Source: an uncultured Planctomycetota bacterium
GTDB taxonomy: Bacteria; Planctomycetota; Planctomycetia; Isosphaerales; Isosphaeraceae
Direction: 5' to 3'
Length of the DNA: 64,000 nucleotides
NCBI GenBank assembly: GCA_963823665.1
Contig: CAWGMQ010000010.1
Location: 2,080,001-2,144,000, forward strand
Both the position numbers and the translations under genes were made by a program. Of this stretch, positions 1 through 12,013 are shown piece by piece (position 1 is the stretch's first letter; every line of letters starts with the position of its first letter). The notes beneath the pieces were generated by a model, which did not search any database, was not told where the DNA came from, and was given only the letters and a program-made list of their open reading frames with translations.

Positions 1-3000
1 CTCCACGACCAAACCGCCGCCGCCCTGAAGATAGTCTTGAATCTCGCTCTCAGCGGCGATGTAGTAATTGATGTCATTTGCGTTGTCAGTCGGTCCGAAC
101 CACAGCTCTTGAAACTGGCTCAGGTCGGTCGTCGCCAGGTTGGCCGGGCTGATCTCGGTCAAATTGGTAAAGCCCGCATGCTGCAGCAATCCCAGCGTCG
201 AAGGACCGCCGGGGAAATCGCCGTCTTCAATGATTCCGATCGTCGGATTGGCCACGCCGCCAGCGGCGAATTGTGCCACGTTGCTACCCAGGGTCACCGC
301 GGCCGGAATGCCATAAATCCAGTGCGTGCTCGGATCCATTCCCATGTACACGATTCCGGCCTTCCCCGTGGCGGCGGTTGGGGCGATGGGATCGGCGTTT
401 TGGTTGTCGAAGGTGATGGTCGTCGTGACGGTCGAACTGCCCGGCGGCACGATGCTGGGACTGGCTGTGACCGAAAATGGGATCGCCTGGCCGACGCTGA
501 AGATCGTCGCCGCCGCCTGGCCGGGCAACGGATCGCCGCCGGGAGTCAGCAGCGAGAACCTCCACGCTGTAAACCCCGTCTGCCAAGCCGGTCGTCGGCA
601 CCTGGCCGAGGTCAACGGTGGAACCGCCGGCGCCGGGAACGAGAGTCACCGGCACCAGCGGCCGGGTGCTGAGCACGGTGCCTGAGGAACTGAGGATCTC
701 GAGCTGAGCCTCTTCATCGCGGTCTACGTTAGCCGCATTGAAAAGCTGGGCCGTCACGGCGACCGGCACGCCGGCGTTGACCTGCTGCGGGTTGGCCGTC
801 ACGCTGACGACGTCGGCGACGGCCGGGTGGATCGTCACGACCGCCGTGACCGTCTGCTGCGCCACCGAGGCCGCCGCCGTCACCGCCAGCACGAACACCA
901 CATTGACCTCCTGCGTCTGGGTGAGCGTGAGATTCACCGTTTGCGTCGCACCCACGGCCAGGGTCACCTGCGTCTGGGCGAACGTGGCCGTGACGCCGGT
1001 CGGCACATTCGCGGCGGTCAGCATCACGGTCACCGGGTCGGGGCCGACGTTGGTAAGCTGCACCGGGAAGACCTGGCTCTGGCCCGTCCCCAGATCGACC
1101 GAGGTGGGCGTCATGCTGATGGTGAACTGCTCGGTCGCCTCGACTGTCAGGATGCTGGTGAGATTGTTGAAGAACGCCGGCAGATCGGCGAGCAAGCCGC
1201 TGACATTCCCGCTGTTGGCATCGTTCTGGAGCGTCTGTAACGGGGTCACCAGTGGCGTCAAGTTCGGGTCCTGACTGACGCGGAGCAGGGTGCTCGTGTT
1301 GTTCAATTCGAGCTGCACATCGCTGAGAACTGTGGCGTCGGTCGGCGCGGTCTGTAGCTGATTAATGAAAGATTGCAGTTGGGTGAGCGTTTGGCCCAGT
1401 TGGACGTCGTTGTTGTTGCTCGTAATTTCGCTCGCGGCGCTGGCCGCCTGCGAGAGTGCCAGGACCTGCGCCGAGACGACTTGCAGGTCAATGGTCGTGC
1501 TCTGCTCGGTGGGCAATGCCGCGACGGCCAGCGCCGGAAGGGCTGTCTCGACGCTGCTTCCGTTGTTGGCAAAGCTCAAAGTCCCACCGAGTGCGACCTG
1601 CTGGACCTGGCCCGCCTGGAGGCTGGCAATCGTCGAGGACCAGGTGATTTGCTGACTTACTCCCGCGTCCAGATTGAGGTCCCAGATCAACTGCTCGGAA
1701 CTGGCGCCGGTGATGATCTGATTGGGAGCAACGTCGAATGAGCCGGTGTCGAGCGTCGCACCGGTGGTCGGGACATCGACCTCAGCGGTGACATTCTGGC
1801 TCGTCTGCGTCTGGTTAGTCACGGTGAGCGTGCCGAAGGCCGTCACCTCGCCCGCGGTAACTGTGTCCGAGTTGATCGTCAGCGTGCCGGTCACCGGTTC
1901 GCCGACCGCCAGCGCGGCCGTACCAGTGGCGCCCGTGATGATCTGGCCGCTGGTCTCCTCGGCGCGAACGGTGATCGTGTACGTTCCCGCGCTCAGGGAA
2001 GTGGTGTCGAACGAGCCCAGGTCGAGCGTGGTCGTGAGCGGCAAGCTCCCGAGACTGATCGGCACCGGCGTCGATGTGAAGACCGTGTGACCGTCGCTGT
2101 CCGTGACCGTGTATTGCACCTGCGCTTGCCGTGCATCGAGCAGGCCGGCATAAATGTCAGCGGAAACGTCAACCGTACCCCCGCTGCTAACCAGGGTCCC
2201 TGGATTCGGTGTCACCGACAGCACCGAAACCACGTCCTGCGTGACGGGCGGACCGACGTTGACCGTCGTCGCGAGCGACGTGTTATCGGGGATGTCGGCG
2301 GCAGGAGTAAGGGTCAGCGTCTGCGTGACCGATCCGCCGATGGGAATGTTCACCGGCGCCTCGTTTGTGGCCACGGTAACACCGCTCGCGGTGGCAAGCG
2401 ACACGGCAGCGCTGGCGGCGACGTTGCCGTCGTTGGTCAGCGGAAGCGTGTCGGTGACTGGCGTGCCGGGCGTGGTGCTGACTTCTGCCGGACTACCGGC
2501 CACGCTGACCGCGTAGATCGCCGGCATCGAAAAGTCCTCAGTGTCTTGCAGCACGTCCTTTGAGTTCGTCGCATTGGTGGCGGTGACGGTGAAGGAATAG
2601 TTGCCGATGGCGGGTATCTGGCTGCCGCTCGGCATGAGGTAGACACCGACAAAGCCGGTCTGGCCGGCGGGAATGGTGACGCTGGAGGCGCTGCGAGACC
2701 AGCGTGAAGCCGCTCGGCACATTGGAAAACGTCAGGTTTTCGGTCACCGGTGCGGGTCCGCTGTTGTCGATCTCTACCTTGAAGGCCGTCGGCAGTTCGG
2801 CGCCGTCGAAAGGTACGGTGAAAATAGGGTCGGTGACAACGCTTAGCGTCTCGCCCGCTGTCGCCGGCTTGATCGTCATCTCGAGTGTGGTCTGCGCCAC
2901 CAGGTTCGCATTGGTGCTTGATTGAGCGATAACCTGGATCGGATACGCGCCGCCCTGCAGTCCGGGTGCGGGAATGGCCGTCACCACACCGGCGCTATTA

Positions 3001-6000
3001 ATGGTCACGGTCCAGCCAGGCGGGGCTGTGGCGGTGAGGTTGTAGTTGTCCGCGAAGCTTGTGTTGACGTTGACCTGGAGTGTCTTCGGTGTGTTCTGGT
3101 CGGTCGTGAGCGCGACGGGAGTGGCCGACACGGTCAGCACATTGGCTGTGTTGCCATTGAGCGTGACTGCATCGAGATTGTTGCCGCCGCCGGCCGCGAC
3201 GGTGACGCTCCCCGTGTAGCCGTCCAGCGTGATGCCGCTGGTGGGATCGACCGGATCGCCGCCGACAGTGACGGTTCCCGTTCCAGGGCCGAGGTTGACG
3301 GTGCCGCTGGTGGCCGTGATGGCGACGGAACCGCTGAAGTTCGGCGAGGTGGTCGTGCCGCTGCCGCCCAGGTTTGCTGCGGTGGTCGTGACGGTGTAGG
3401 TCCCGGCGGGCAGCGTCTGGCCGTTCAACGTCAGGCCATCGGTCGTCAAAATAATCGAGGCATCGCCGGTGAGGGTCGCCGAATAGCTGTCCCAGTCGGC
3501 GCTGACGCCGAGTGAAGACTCCGCTGAGCCATAGAAGGAAAGGCTTCCCGTACCATTGACGCTGAAGGAATCCGACCCATTGATGGCCAGCGGAATGGCG
3601 TTGGCGGACGTGAATGCGACATTACCCGAGCCGATCACGGTTCCGTGGGAATTGCGGACCGTGGCGCTAGCTGCTTCAAGGGAGATCGCCTGAAAACTGC
3701 TGTTCGCCATACTGGACCACGAAGCCGTCATGTTGCCCGATGCCCCGGCGTTTAACGCTTGAACGGCACCGCCGACCTGGCCGGATGCCGCATTTGACTG
3801 AATATTAGTTTCCGCATTGAAGGTGTCAGTAGGTTGAGTCGGAAACGGCAAATCCAGACTCATCAACTCAGGTTGCAGTGGGGGATCGCCGGCTGCTACG
3901 AGACCACCCAAGATCGCGCCGATAACTAAAAACGCGACAGCAAAAGGAGGATAACCGGTCGTTTTACCGGCTATGGTAATTAAAGCAAGGCTCACAGCGC
4001 CTTTCGTAGCTACCCCCGCCGGGCTAGTTGCGGCATTATGTATGGACGTACCTAGACTTTTTAGGAGGTCCTTGAGTAGCTGATAGTATTCGGGAGGAGT
4101 AATGTAAAGAAAACTTGCGGATATTAATGCGATACTGATAACGGGAAGATACTCTTCAAAGGTTTCACCCAAAAATTCACCGGACTGCCCCTCTGCGACC
4201 ATTTCCCCTGTCGCTGGGTTGTAATTGAACCAGGCAGTAGTTTCCGTACCATTTGCTGTAAGCCCGCTGGTTGGAACGATTACCGTTTCACCATTTTGCA
4301 CATTCTTCGTGATTCTCGCGATCGCCTCGGCAGGTAAGTTCAAAGATTGCAGAAGCGTTAGATTATTTGCGCTGATGGCCGTCAACGGGATGCCCGCCTG
4401 AACTGATCGCTGAAAAATCATCACGGCACTTAAATTCTGACTTGCGGCGGATGTGGGAAGTAATTGACTTTCCAAGAAGCTGTCAAAAACGCCGCGGGCC
4501 GTGGCAAACCTCAATGCTGCCTGCGTACTCTGTCCGGGTGACGCGAGAACCCGAAGAGAATCACGGAGCAGATTCAAGGTGTACGTGACAGTCGATTGAT
4601 TGTTCGCAGTTACAATCCCGCTCGAAAACGCGGTCACCCTGGGTCGGTCGGAATATGCGGTAACGGAAAACCCGCTGTCAAGGTTGGCAGCTTCTCGGTC
4701 CGAGAGTACTGCGAAACTAGCTAAAAGGGCGGCGCAACTACGATCAACACATTCGCTTGATCTGTAAACGTGGGATTTGTCTCCGAAGAGACGGTCCCGA
4801 CAACTTGGCTCGCTTGGGCCTGTGCAAGCTGTGCCGCAGCGGAAGTTTGGAGCCCAGGAAGGATACTGAGCGTGGTCAGGTCCGCGGGTGTGATTATCGG
4901 TGGACCGGATGGGTTGAACCCAACGTTCTCGACGGGCGCCAGTCCTTGCCGCCCGGCGTATCCGATGCGGTCAACCAGGGTCTGGCTGAAAGTCGCCGCG
5001 GTCGTCCCTGCCCCATTCAAGGTGACGTTCAGGAAAAGCCCGGTAAGGATCTGACTGGCGAGCGGGAAACTGTCGAGGATTTCCTGGTACGGTATCCCTG
5101 CTATCGTCACAGCTTGAGTCGAGGGGAAGGCCTCATCCCCAAGGACGATGAAGGGAGTATAAGTATTCGTGACGACACCGGCGATGAGAGCGCCTGCGGC
5201 CTGGCTGCTAACGAAGTTTCCGATCGTCACTGGCCGGCCCACCAGATTCACATCATTGAATGTATGATCCAGGACGACCGTCTCTGTATACGGATTCGAT
5301 CCGAACGCCGCCGCACCCTGGCTGTAAATCTCCGCCGTGAGCGACACCTCGGCAGTCTGCCGGAGGTCGGCCGGCACATCCGTGAACGTGCCGGTGGGAG
5401 CGGTGAACGTCTGCCCGATCTGCCCCTCCGAAGCCACCTCGGCCATCAGCGGATCGGCGTTCACCCAGCCGCTACCGGTGTTGAACTCGAACCAGTAGTG
5501 ACTCTCCGTTTCCTGCTCGAGCGTCAGGCCGTCATCTTGCACTGATTGCTCGATCGACGATGCGGTGGCAACCGTCGTTCCGGCCGGGATGTAGCCGACC
5601 GTTTGATAGCTCGCCGGGAACATCGACAGAATTAGCGCGTCAGCCTGGCTGGCGGACAGAGTGCCCGAGACGTATTGGGCTGGGATGCCCGAGGCTCGCA
5701 TCAGGGCCACCCCGAGGCTCGCCACGTCCAATGCGTTGCCGGCGTCGGACCACAGCGTACCGCGGGCGCCGCGCAGCGAGCCGACGTACGAGTTGTAGCC
5801 GATGTCGTTTTCCAGGAAGTTGAAAATATTCTGCGCGTTGTAATCGAGGACGGCGGCTTCTTGCTGGATGAATGGGTCGGCAATCTGCTGGCCCGGCGTG
5901 TCGCTCAGGTTGGTCGCATCGGTGTCCGGCGTGGAGCTCAGCAGGGCGATGCCGCCGGGAATAGCGTTGATGCTGCCCGGTTGGAGCGTCGCGGCGGGCG

Positions 6001-9000
6001 TGGAATTCGAGATCGGGCCGGCATTGAGCGTGGCGAAAGCCTGCGCGCCGGCGTCCAACTTCAAGATGCTGGAATTCGCCAGCGACACCGTAATCGTCAC
6101 GCTGGTCCAGTAGTCCCCCTCGATCGTTCCCAGGCTGAACGCCAGGTTCTGCCCGCTCTGGTCCGGCTGCTGCGATGCGCTCACCAGCGTCACGCCGGGT
6201 TCCAGCGTATCGGTCAACAGCACGCCCGTGATCGAGTCGGCTTGCTGGTTGTAGACCGTGAAGGTGATGGTTTCCTGACCATTCTGCACGTCGCCGGCGA
6301 AATAGGTGGACAGAGTCCGGCCGACGATGATGTCCGTGCTGGGCGTCTCGGAGATTTGCCCGGGCAGGATGATTTCCTGCTGCGTGGTCGTGGGGAAGCC
6401 GGCCGCGGAAGCCGTCAGCGTGGGCGCTCCTGGCTGGGTGTCGGTGTATTCGAACGTGGCAATGCTTGCGTTCTGGGGAATGATGATCTGCCCGCCGGCA
6501 AGCGGCAGGCCGTTTGGCAAGGAGAAGCTACCGCCAGTGGAGCTGCTGCTCAGCGTGACCGTCACGCCGCCGACCCCCGCGGGCGCCGGGTCGCCGTCGA
6601 CGTCTTCGAGCTCGACCGTGATGGCTCCGGTGGGCTGCCCGGCGTCGGTGGTCTGGCCCAGCGATGTGAATACCAGCGCAGGCGGTTGCGACTGGAAGGC
6701 GCCGATGTCGAGGCTGCCGTTCACGAGGCGCGGCAGCCCGCGCTGGTCGGTGGCGGGCAGATTGGCGGCGCCGGCGTTGCCGGCGCCGATGGCGGGGCTA
6801 CCGGCAAAGAGAGCCAGAGTCTGCGTGGGACCACCGTAATTGCCCAGCGCGGACAACATCGGGTTGTCTGTGAAGACGTCGTGCGGCCCCACCGTGGGAT
6901 CGGTCGTGGGGTTGTTGACGGCCGTGCCCAGCAGGTTGTAGCCATCATCCGTGGTGATGGTGCCTTCGATGTCGCGATCGGCGTACGATGGGAAGTTGTT
7001 GCCGGCCACGATGCTGTTTACGAGAGTCAGCGTGCCGGCGCTCGTGATACCGCCACCGCCGGTGGCGTTTTCGAGCGCCGGCGAGCCTGCGCCGGCGACG
7101 CTGGTGCCGCCGGCGTAGCCCGCGGAATTGCCGGATATGGTGGAGTCGCTCACTGTGAGACTGCTGCCAAGCTCGTTGTCGATTCCGCCGCCCGAGTTGG
7201 CGGAATTGCCAAAGAACGTGGAGTTGCTCACCGTCACCGTGGCACCGCCGCTTGTGGCGTGGCTGTCGATGCCGCCGCCGTACTCGGTCGCGGAATTATT
7301 GGAGAACGTGGAAGCCGTCACCGTCACCGTGGCAGAGTTCTCGATGCCGGCGCCGATGCCGGCCCGATTGCCGGAGAGGGTGGAGCTGCTCACCGTCAAC
7401 ATGGCATTGTTGTCGATGCCGCCGCCGGAGCTGCCGGCGCTATTCCCAGACAACGTGGAGCTGCTTACCGTCAGCACGCCGCCGAGCTCGTTGTCGATGC
7501 CGCCGCCCAAGTTGCCGGCGTTATTCCCAGACAAGGTGGAGCTATCCACCATCAGCGTGCGAGTGTTATCGATGCCGCCGCCGGAGCCGCTGGCGGTGTT
7601 GCCGGAGACGGTGGAGCTGCTGAGCGTGAGGGTGCCACTGTTCTCGATGCCGGCGCCGGAGGCCGCGGCATTGCCCGAGATGGTATCGCCCATCACGGTC
7701 AAGGTGCCGTCATTGTCGATGCCGCCGCCGTTGTTGCCGCTGCCGGGATTGCCGTCCTCGATCGTGAGGCCACTCAGAATGGCCTGCGCACCGATATCGA
7801 CCAGGAAAACCTGGCTGGTGTTGTTGCCGCTGACGGTGATCTCGCCGCCACCTTCGATCGTTGTCGTGGCGTTGTCAACGACCGTCAGCTTGAGCACTCC
7901 CTGGGTCAGCGTGAGGGTGCTGCCACTCAGGCTGGGGGCAAAGTTGATGGTGTCGGTGACGCCGAGAATGGCGTCGAAATTCGCGGCCGCAATGGCGGAG
8001 CGCAACGAGACCAACCCGTTCGAGTCCGTGGGATCATCCGTGCCGCTGTTCTTCTGGCTGGCGTCGGCACTGTCGGTGACGACGAAGGTTGTCTCAGAGG
8101 CGCTGAAATGAAGGGTGGTGTCGCTGGGGGCGAAGTTTTGAGTGCTGCCAGTACCATTGCCGAGGGTCGTGTTCGATGATGCGGCGACGACGGCGCCGCT
8201 GGCAGCGCCGACGGTGGCCGGGCCGTTGGCCGAGGCGAGAACGCCGTTCTGGCCGAGGGTGTAAATGTCCACGCCCAGAGCCATGCCGCTGCCGCTGGTG
8301 GCGACGGCGTCATTGCTGAAGGTGTCGCTGTCCAGGGTGAGGCCGCCGTTGAGGTTGAATAGGGCGCCCCCATAAGCGGACCCGGCGCCGGCGCCGCCCG
8401 TGGCTGCGCCGCCCTGCGCCGTGTTGCCGGTCAGAGAGGTGGTGGTAAGGCTCACGGTGCCGGCCGCATTGAAGATGGCGCCGCCAAATCCGGCACCGCC
8501 GCCGCCGCTGCCGGCCGCCCCGTTGCCGCCGCCTGTGCCGCCACCAGCGCCGAAGCCGCCGATAGCGCCGGGGCCGCCGGCGCCGTAGGCGCCCTCGCCG
8601 CCGCCACCACCGCCGCCACCAAAGCCGCCGGCACCGCCACCGTTGCCGCCGCCATAGACGCCCGCCCCGCCGCCGCCGCCTCCGCCGCCGAACCCGCCCC
8701 CGAAACCCGGGGTGCCGCCATCGCTCGCCGGGAGCGCGATGCCGCCATCGCCACCGCCGCCGAAGCCGCCGCCGGAAGTCCCGCCGTACGCCCCCCCGTC
8801 CGACGATCCAGCGCCGCCGCCGCCCGCGCCTACGTTCCCGCCGTCGATACCTGGTGCCGGTGGCGCAATGAGCGAACCGCCCTGGCCGCCTGACGCGGTA
8901 TTGCTCGTGAAGGTGCAATCCACTGTCGTGACACTTCCGCCGTCATTGAATACCGCGCCGCCCAATCCCGCGCCACCGCCGCCGGCGCCGCCACCGCTCT

Positions 9001-11175
9001 GCGAGCCGCCAGCGCCACCCTGGGCCAGTCCGCCCGTCAGCGTCACCTTTTGCAGCGTCATGCTGCCGGTCGGCGCCACGTCGAACAGGCGGAAGGCGAG
9101 CACCTGGCCGCCCGGGTAGTCCGCCGCGCTGGTGTCGCGCGCGATCGTGATCCCCTGGGTGGCATCGCCCTGGATGGTGAGCTGGCCAGTGACCAGAAAA
9201 GCGGAGTCGCCGATGGTCGTATCGCCGATTTGTATCAGGTTGACGCTTTGCCCTGCGAGCGCGGCGCGAACACGATCGTATCGGCGACCCCGCCCGGGGC
9301 GCTGTCGGCCTCGGAAATCGCGTCGCGCAGGGAGACGCCGCTATGCAAAACGGCGTCTGATGTTGTCGTCACGGTCAGCGTCCCCGTCACGACGCCGTTG
9401 ACCATGAGCGTGGCGATGTTGCTGAACGCGCTGCCGTCGGCGTAAGTAAAAACGGCCTCATACTCGTCGCCGTTCATCGCGCTTGTCGCGGTGAAGCTCA
9501 GCGTGGTTGAAGTGGCGCCGCTGATGGGGCTGAACGTCTGGCCGCCATCTGAGCTGACCTCCCACTGCACCGTCGGCGTCGGAGTGCCCACAGGGACGGC
9601 CGTAAAGGTCGCCGTCGTCAAAGGATTGACCGTCTCACTGCCCGGTTGGATCGCGTCGCTATCGGGGACGGTGAGGCGGGTCAAGACGCTGTTGTTATTG
9701 ACGAAGTTATTGGTGCCGCCGGTGCCGTTGCCCAGGATCGTGTTGGTTCCCAGGGCGAGCGTCGCGCCGCTGGCGCTGCCGACCGTGGCGGAGCCGGTCG
9801 CCGAGGCGAGAACGCCATCGAGGCCAAGCGTGTAGATGTTGCTGCCTAGGGCGCCCGCCCCGCCACCCGGGGCGACGGTGTTGCCGAAGAGAGTATCGCC
9901 GGTCAAGGTGACAGAGCCGTTGAGGTTGAAGAGGGCGCCACCGTACGCAGATGCGGAGCCGGCGCCGCCCGTGGCTGCGCCGGCCTGCGCCGTGTTGCCG
10001 GTCAGAGAGGTGGTGGTAAGGCTCACGGTGCCGGCCGCATTGAAGATGGCGCCGCCAAATCCGGCACCGCCGCCGCCGCTGCCGGCCGCCCCGTTGCCGC
10101 CGCCTGTGCCGCCACCAGCGCCGAAGCCGCCGATAGCGCCGGGGCCGCCGGCGCCGTAGGCGCCCTCGCCGCCGCCACCACCGCCGCCACCAAAGCCGCC
10201 GGCACCGCCACCGTTGCCGCCGCCATAGACGCCCGCCCCGCCGCCGCCGCCTCCGCCGCCGAACCCGCCCCCGAAACCCGGGGTGCCGCCATCGCTCGCG
10301 GGGAGCGCGATGCCGCCATCGCCACCGCCGCCGAAGCCGCCGGCGGAAGTCCCGCCGTACGCCCCCCCGTCCGACGATCCGGCGCCGCCGCCGCCCGCGC
10401 CTACGTTCCCGCCGTCGATACCTGGTGCTGGTGGCGCAATGAGCGAACCGCCCTGGCCGCCTGACGCGGTATTGCCGGTGAAGGTGCAATCCACTGTCGT
10501 CACACTTCCGCCGTCATTGAATACCGCGCCGCCCAATCCCGCCCCACCGCCGCCGGCGCCGCCACCGCTCTGCGAGCCGCCATCGCCTCCCTGGGCGAGT
10601 CCGTTCGTGAGCGTGGCATTTTGCAGCGTCAAGTTGCCGGTCGGCGCCACGTCGAACAACCGGAAATCGAGCAACTGCCCTCCAGGGTAATCCGCCGCAT
10701 TGGTGTCGTGCGCGATCGTGATGCCCAGGGTGGGATCGCCCTCGATGGTGAGCTGGCTATTGATCAGAAAGGCCGAGTTGCCGAAGGAGGTATCGTCGAA
10801 AGCCGTCAGTTGAATGGTCTGTCCTGCCAGCGTGGGCGCGAACTGGATGGTATCGCCGCCGGCCGCGTGCAGCGGGCCGGCAATCTGGGTCTGCTCGAGG
10901 CCGCTGAGGCTGCCGATGGCCAGGGTGCCGTTTTCGACCAGGATGGCGTCGCGCAGCGTCAAGAGACCGCTGCTATTGCTGCTGTCGAGGACGCTGGTGT
11001 CGGCGAGACTGTTGACCGTGAAAAGCGCCGGGGCCAAACGGGCTTCCAGGACCTCCACGAAGAGGCGGCAGAATCTTCTGCGCAGCGACTCTCGACGTTT
11101 CGGCTTGCGGCACGACGGGAACAGCCCGTCCGGGAAAGAGTGCCTGAGATGGCCGGGTGTGACGACGAATGACAT
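1..11175 (-). CDS. Giant secreted/surface protein, runs off the window at position 1. LEARLAPA N-terminal motif, Gly-rich and GGGIDN beta-helix/choice-of-anchor Q-like repeats, transglutaminase-like domain, Ig/CARDB-like repeats. Four frameshifts (~9261, ~4730, ~2694, ~558)
   Basis: ORFs 9235..11193, 4721..9103, 2538..4637 and 284..2722 join into one coherent protein when single bases are restored (FAP|ALAGQSVNL, VVA|RALLASF, TLVS|SASSVTIP, VEV|SLLTPGG). ATG at 11175 with GAGGGA RBS. LGNYGGPTQT...DQRG...DIGAFQ motif present. Confidence 0.85.
8330..10660 (-). repeat. Near-identical internal duplication of a ~750 bp Gly-rich block (~8330-9090 and ~9900-10660)
   Basis: TGGCTGCGCC at 8401 and 9972, TCGAACA at 9081 and 10652 (offset 1571). 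Both encode SLIAPPAPGIDGGNVGAGGGGAG...AIFNAAGTVSLTTTSLTGNTAQ. Confidence 0.95.
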
Positions 11176-11508
11176 TGGAGTCCCTCTGCTCACTGTGTCT
11201 CAGGACGGCGCGAACCATTCGTCATCGAATCTCTTCCCATTCCGGTGACGCGCGATGGATCACGTGCGTATCGATCTCTGAAATCGCACTCGGGCCACGC
11301 CGCAGCCATGGCGTTGTCTGAACGGCTCAGGTTGCGGTTCTGGGCTCTGTTTCATTTTGGCTTGCGCCCTGTTGCTTCGCTAGGCTCCGAACGGATGGCA
11401 AATGTGACACGATTCGAATAAAAAAAATGAATTATCTTCGAAAACGGGATCGCCGTTAAGAGCAAAGGGCATAGCAGCAAAGGACATACGCAGTTTAGGT
11501 GAATTCCC

Positions 11509-11595
11509 TCGGAGGAGCTGTTCAACAGCCTGCGCGAGCATTTCAATGCCCAGCAGATGGTGGAACTGACCACGGCGATGGCGTGGGAGAATTTC
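11509..11595 (+). pseudogene. C-terminal remnant of a carboxymuconolactone decarboxylase/AhpD-like gene
   Basis: Reads SEELFNSLREHFNAQQMVELTTAMAWENF, typical of the CMD-family C-terminus. No start codon or N-terminal part. Confidence 0.6.
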
Positions 11596-11726
11596 CTGGT
11601 ACTCTGGATCATGCCCCGGATTTCCCGACAGCCTGGATTTCCTTTTACCTTTCCCTTAGCCTTGGGGCGACTCACGAGCGACTGTCACCAACCGTGCATT
11701 CAGCACCGATACAAAAGGAGAATCTG

Positions 11727-11969
11727 ATGGATCCGTTTCTCGGCCAGATTCGGCTAGTGCCCTACAACTTTGCGCCTAGAGGTTGGCAGTTTTGCGAAGG
11801 ACAACTCATCCCGATCTCATCGAACCAGGCCCTGTTTGCCCTCCTCGGCGCAACGCATGGCGGGGATGGGAAGACCACCTTCGCCCTGCCAAACCTCAAG
11901 GGCAAAGAGCCAGGTCCAAATATGCATTACTGCATCGCGCTGGTAGGTGCATTCCCTAACAGGCAGTAG
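11727..11969 (+). CDS. Phage tail collar domain protein (microcystin-dependent protein MdpB-like), short 80-aa form
   Basis: MDPFLGQIRLVPYNFAPRGWQFCEGQLIPISSNQALFALLG..GGDGKTTFALPNL..YCIALVGAFP. AAGGAG RBS before the ATG. Confidence 0.9.
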   Translation: MDPFLGQIRLVPYNFAPRGWQFCEGQLIPISSNQALFALLGATHGGDGKTTFALPNLKGKEPGPNMHYCIALVGAFPNRQ

Positions 11970-12013
11970 CCTGGATTTTCGAGATGGCGGTGAGCCTCGC
12001 CCCCGCATTCCGC

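Noticed and set aside
5675..8179. 834-aa plus-strand ORF and the many other long antisense ORFs (e.g. 49846..51339, 29323..30744)
   Set aside because: Shadow frames of GC-rich genes on the opposite strand, with Arg/Gly-rich composition and no motifs.
11200..11500. Riboswitch upstream of the giant gene (also looked for at 14850-15216)
   Set aside because: No c-di-GMP, cobalamin or other consensus recognised; only a short AGCAAAGG(G/A)CATA duplication at ~11461-11488.
11727..11969. Prophage suggested by the tail-collar gene
   Set aside because: No other phage structural, packaging or integrase genes in the window.
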